Assembly (NCBI GenBank): GCA_030390025.1 | Contig: CM059432.1 | Location: 152,150,001-152,214,000, forward strand | Direction of reading: 5' to 3' | From: Squalus acanthias | Lineage: Eukaryota | DNA: 64,000 nt | Shown here: positions 59,357-64,000 of the stretch, one piece after another | Layout: the number at the start of each line of letters is the position of its first letter | How positions within the stretch are numbered: position 1 is the stretch's first letter | Translations under genes and position numbers: made by a program | Notes under the pieces: model-generated | Database searches by the model: none | What the model was told of the DNA's origin: nothing | What the model saw: only the letters and a program-made list of their open reading frames with translations

Positions 59357-62100
59357 GAGAGGTCGCACAACACCAGGTTATAGTCCAACAGTTTTATTTG
59401 AAATCACAAGCTTTCGGAGCTATCGATTGCCCCTTCCTCAGGTGAAGTAAATAGATACAGAATCGCCAAAGCATATATAGATAGAGAACAAAGCATGTGT
59501 ACCTTACAATTGCAGACCACTAAATTAAATCATCCTGACTATCTGCCGAGGTGTGATAAAGTTAATCAGGTCAGCCAGGAAGGTACCACATCAAAGACAT
59601 AGCAAGATACAACTGAGACAATGAGGTGTAGTCGCAGGGGTTCTAACGTGTCAAAAGCTGCCGTCTGTATGTAAAACGAAAAGCTTTAAAATTTTTACTT
59701 TTTTACTGGGAATTTTTTTTTCCTTTTTTACTGGGAATCACATCTGTGAACAAGCCAACGACGACTCGAGTCCGGATCACGTCATGTATTGTGACATAAA
59801 CCCAAGATCCCGGTTGAGACCGTCTTCATGAGTGCGGAACTTGGCTATCAGTTTCTGCTCGATGATTTTGCGTTGTCGTGTGTTTCTAAGGTTGCCTTGG
59901 AGAACGCTTACCCGCAGATCCGAGGCTGAATGTCCTTGACTGCTGAAGTGTTCCCCGACTGGGAGGTAACAATCCTGCCTGGCGATTGTTGCGCGGTGCT
60001 CGTTCATACGTTGTCTCAGTGTCTGCATGGTCTCGCCGATGTACCATGCCGCGGTGCATTCTTTCCTGCAACGTATGAGGTAGACAACGTTGGCCGAGTC
60101 ACATGAGTATGTACCATGTACCTGGTGGTTAGTGTCCTCACGTGTGATGGTGGTATCTGTGTTGATGATCTGGCATGTCTTGCAGAGTTTGCCGTGGCAG
60201 GGTTGTGTGGTGTCGTGGTCGCTGTTATCCTGAAAGCTGGGTAATTTGCTGCGAACGATGGTACTTCTGAGGTTAGGCGGCTGTTTGAAGGCAAGTAGTG
60301 GAGGCGTGGGGATAGCCTTAGCGAGGTGTTTGTCGTCATCGATGACATGTTGAAGGCTGCGAAGAACATGGCGTAGTTTCTCCGCTCCGGGGAAGTACTG
60401 GACGACGTAGGGTACTCTGTTGGTTGTGTCCCGTGTTTGCCTTCTGAGGAGGTCTATGCGATTTTTCGCTGTGGCCCGTCGGAACTGTCGATCGATGAGT
60501 CGAGCGTCATATCCCGTTCTTACGAGGGCGTTTTTCAGCGTCCGTAGGTGTCCATCGCGTTCCTCCTCGTCTGAGCAGATCCTGTGTATTCGCAGGGCTT
60601 GTCCATAGGGATGGCTTCTTTAACATGGTTAGGGTGGAAGCTGGAGAAGTGGAGCATCGTGAGGTTGTCCGTGGGCTTGCGGTAGAGTGAAGTGCTGAGG
60701 TGTCCGTCTTTGATGAGATTCGTGTGTCCAGGAATGAAACCGATTCTGAGGAGTAGTCCATGGTGAGTTTGATGGTGGGATGGAACTTGTTTATGTTATC
60801 GTGTAGTCTTTTCAGTGATCCTTCGCCATGGGTCCAAAGGAAGAAAATGTCGTCGATGTATCTGGTGTACAGCGTTGGCTGGAGGTCCTGTGCAGCGAAG
60901 AAGTCTTGCTCGAACTTGTGCATGAAGATGTTGGCGTATTGGGGTGCGAATTTGGTCCCCATGGCTGTTCCGTGTGTTTGGGTAAAAAAATGGTTGTCGA
61001 AGGTGAAGACATTGTGGTCAAGGATGAAGCGGATGAGTTGTAGGATGGCGTCTGGAGATTGGCTGTTGTTGGTGTTGAGTACTGAGGCTGTTGCAGCGAT
61101 GCCGTCATCGTGGGGGATACTGGTGTAGAGTGCCGATACGTCCATCGTGGCAAGGAGTGTTCCTGGTTCAACTGGTCCGTGGGTGCTGAGTTTCTGTAAG
61201 AAGTCTGTAGTGTCGCGACAGAAGCTGGGGGTTCCCTGTACGATGGGTTTCAGAATGCCCTCGACGTATCCAGAGAGGTTCTCACACAGGGTTCCATTGC
61301 CTGATACGATAGGACGTCCGGGTGTGTTGGCTTTGTGTATCTTTGGGAGGCAGTAGAAGTCTCCCACGCAGGGAGTACGTGGGATGAGAGCGCATAGGAT
61401 GTTTTGAAGGTCTGGATCGAAGGTCTTGATCAGTCTATTGAGTTGGCGGGTGTGTTCTTTGGTCGGATCTGCGGGTAGCTGTCTGTAGTGTTCCTGGTTG
61501 TCCAGTTGTCGGTATGCTTCTTTACAATAGTCCGTTCTGTTCTGTATGACGATGGCTCCTCCTTTGTCCGCTGGTTTGATGACAATGTTGCGGTTGGTCT
61601 CGAGAGCGTGGATGGCGTTGCGTTGTGCTCGGGTGACATTCTGGACTGTCTTGTGAGTGCGGCTGATGAATCTGGCGTTGATGCATCTCCTGACAGCTTG
61701 AGCATACATGTCAAGCTTGGGGCAGCGACCCTCCGGAGGGGTCCAGTTTGACTCTTGTTTCTTCGGTTGCTGCACTGCGAGTCCCTCTGTCTGCTGTTCT
61801 GGATCATTGATTGTCTCATTAGGTTTGTTGCTGACATCTTGGGATTTGTGGAAGTATTCCCGGAGCCTCATTCTCCTGATGAATTCCTCCGTGTCTGCCG
61901 CGAGACCGATGGGGTCCATTTTGGTGGTTGGGCAGAACTTGAGCCCTAGGGCGAGAACTTCGATTTCGTCTGGTTGAAGGGTATGGTCGGACAAGTTGAC
62001 GATGGACTTCCCTGTGGTTGCAGCCGTGGTACCGGGGGAGGCTTGGTTGCTGCTGGTGGTGATGCCGAGTTTCTCAAGCTTCCTGTTCTTGATGCGCATG
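59357..62100 (-). mobile_element. Penelope-like element (family 2): RT, GIY-YIG and pLTR; 5'-truncated with a few frameshifts
   Basis: IKPADKGG, LPKIHK..PGRPIVS, DVSALYTSIP, GTAMG, RYIDD, FLD; GIY-YIG motif NVVYLIRC..WYIGET..RMNEH; stop at 59777. Confidence 0.93.
59404..59445 (-). ncRNA. Minimal hammerhead ribozyme motif (PLE family 2)
   Basis: Reverse complement reads tcac-CTGAGGA-a-ggggc/aatcgata/gctcc-GAAA-gc-TT-gtga. Confidence 0.8.
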
Positions 62101-62102
62101 GC

Positions 62103-63710
62103 AAATAGAAGCATGGCAGGGCAGCTCAGTCCCGTGATTTGCACATCCTGTGCCATGTGGGATATCCTGGACGCTTCTTGTGGCCTGGACGACCACATGT
62201 GCAGGATGTGTCGCCAACTGCAGCAACTCGAGCTCTGGGTTTCGGAGCCTGAGCGGCAGCTGGAGTCACTACAGTGCATCCGCGAGGCTGAGAAATACTT
62301 GGAAAGCATTTCTAGAAGTGGTCACCCCACAGCCTCAGAATGTGCAGGCAGAGAGGTAATGGGTGACCACCAGACAGAGAAGGAGGACCAGGCAGGTAGG
62401 GCAGGCATCCCCAGAGTGCATCTCGCTCGCTAACCGGTTCACAGTTCTGGAAACTGGTGGGGGTGATGGCTCCTCTGGGGAGAGCAGCGAGAGCCAAGGC
62501 CACGGCACCACGGGAGCCTCAGCTGCACAGGGGGGGAGGAAGAAGAGTGGAAGAGCAATAGTGATAGTGGATTCATTGGTTAGGGGAACAGATAGGCGTT
62601 TTTGTGGACGCAGACGTGACGCCAGGATGGTATGTTGCCTCCCTGGTGCCGGGGTCAAGGATGTCACTGAGCGGCTGCAGGACACTCTGAGGGGGGAGGG
62701 TGAACAGCCAGAGGTCGTTGTCCATATCAGTACCAACGACATAGGCAGAAAGAGGGATGAGGTCCTGGAGGCAGACTATAGGGAGCTAGGAAAGAGATTA
62801 AAATGCAGGACCTCAAAGGTAGTAATCTCCTGATTACTCCTGGTGCCACATGCTAGTGAATACAGGAATAGGAGGATAGAACAGATGAATGCGTGGCTGG
62901 AGAGATGATGCAGGAGGGAGGGCTTTAGGTCCTGAGGCATTGGGACCATTTCTGGGGAAGGTGGGACCTGTACAAGCCGGATGGGTTACACCTCAAGAGA
63001 ACCGGGACCAATATTCTCGCGGGGAGGTTTGCTAGTGCTGTTGGGGAGGGTTTAAACTAGCTTGGCAGGGGGATGGGCACCAGCATGTAGGAGGGGAGGA
63101 ATGGGGTGCATGGAAGAGTGGGTGTGTTGGATGGTACTGGAGGGGAAGGTATTGCTGGAGGCGGAAGTAGTACCATATTAGATAGGAGCAGACTATGATT
63201 ACGAAAAATTCAAAAATGGGTTTAGAATGCATGTACGTAAACACACAAAGTGTGGTGAATAAGGTTGGTGAGCTACAAGCACAAATAGCCGTGTGGCAAT
63301 ATGATGTTGTGGCAATAACGGAAACGTGGCTTAAAAACGGTGAGGACTGGGCACTTAATATTCAAGGGTACAAGGTGTTCAGAAAAGATAGGGAAGGAAA
63401 AAAGGGAGGTGGGGTGGCAGTGCTGATTAAGGAAGACATTGTAGTGTTGGAAAGGGAGGATGTTCTTAAGGGGACGAGGACAGAATCCATTTGGTTAGAG
63501 TTGAGGAGCAAAAAGGGTATGATCACACTGTTGGGGGTATTCTACAGGCCTCCAAATAGTGTGAGGGAGGTTGAGGAGAAAATCTGCAGGGAAATCGCAG
63601 AGATATGCAAGAGCTATAGAGTGGTGATATTTGGGGACTTTAATTACCCAAATATCGATTGGGATAATGCTAGGGTAAAGGGAAAGGAGGGGGAGGAATT
63701 TCTGAACTGT
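62103..63710 (+). mobile_element. CR1 LINE (disrupted esterase ORF1 and start of the ORF2 endonuclease), likely continuing beyond the SINE and the window end
   Basis: ORF1 begins MAGQLSPVICTSC; later DSLVRG and STND; ORF2 AITETWL, YRPPN and GDFNYP. Nearly identical to 13389-13745. Confidence 0.88.
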
Positions 63711-64000
63711 GGGCAACACGGTGACATAGTGGTTTGCACTGGTGCCTCACAGCGCCAGGGACCCGAGTTCGAATCTGGCCTCGGGTGACTGTCTGTGTGG
63801 AGTTTGCACATTCTCCCCGTGTCTGCGTGGGTTTCCTCCGGGTGCTCCGGTTTCCTCCCACAGTCCAAAAATGTGCGGGTTAGGTTGATTTGGCTATGAT
63901 AAATTGACCCTTAGTGTTAGGGGGGGATTAAATATGTGGGGTTACGGGGATAGGATGGGATATGTTAGGGGGAATTAAATACGTGGGGTTACGGGGATAG
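63711..64000 (+). mobile_element. HE1-like V-SINE (internally duplicated variant), cut by the window end
   Basis: Near-identical to 25104-25395, including the ~47-bp duplication. Confidence 0.9.

Noticed and set aside
60507..62309. 600-aa ORF as an intact novel protein
   Set aside because: The first ~70 aa are antisense CR1 ORF1, and the end is out of frame after a frameshift near 60710. It is a broken Penelope RT.

Overview
Eukaryotic vertebrate DNA, most likely a cartilaginous fish (inferred from HE1-like V-SINEs and HER1/CR1-type LINEs). The host gene is FBXL2 on the minus strand. Its last three coding exons are visible (55273-55329, 27775-27987, 12549-12656, ending in the CAAX motif CIIL), followed by a ~2 kb TE-free 3' UTR. 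The ~27 kb and ~15 kb introns and the downstream region are packed with nested retroelements: many CR1 LINEs (one nearly intact full-length copy with 76-bp 5' monomers and an SGNH-esterase ORF1), a tRNA-headed CR1/L2-group LINE, L2 remnants, V-SINEs, and two Penelope-like families carrying minimal hammerhead ribozymes. The most notable item is an intact pogo/Tigger DNA transposon (24-bp TIRs, TA duplication, 590-aa DD32D transposase). It lies in the same orientation as FBXL2, carries a nested MITE of its own family, and has a candidate phase-0 splice acceptor that could fuse FBXL2 in frame to the transposase. Boundaries of degenerate repeats are approximate, and no database searches were run.
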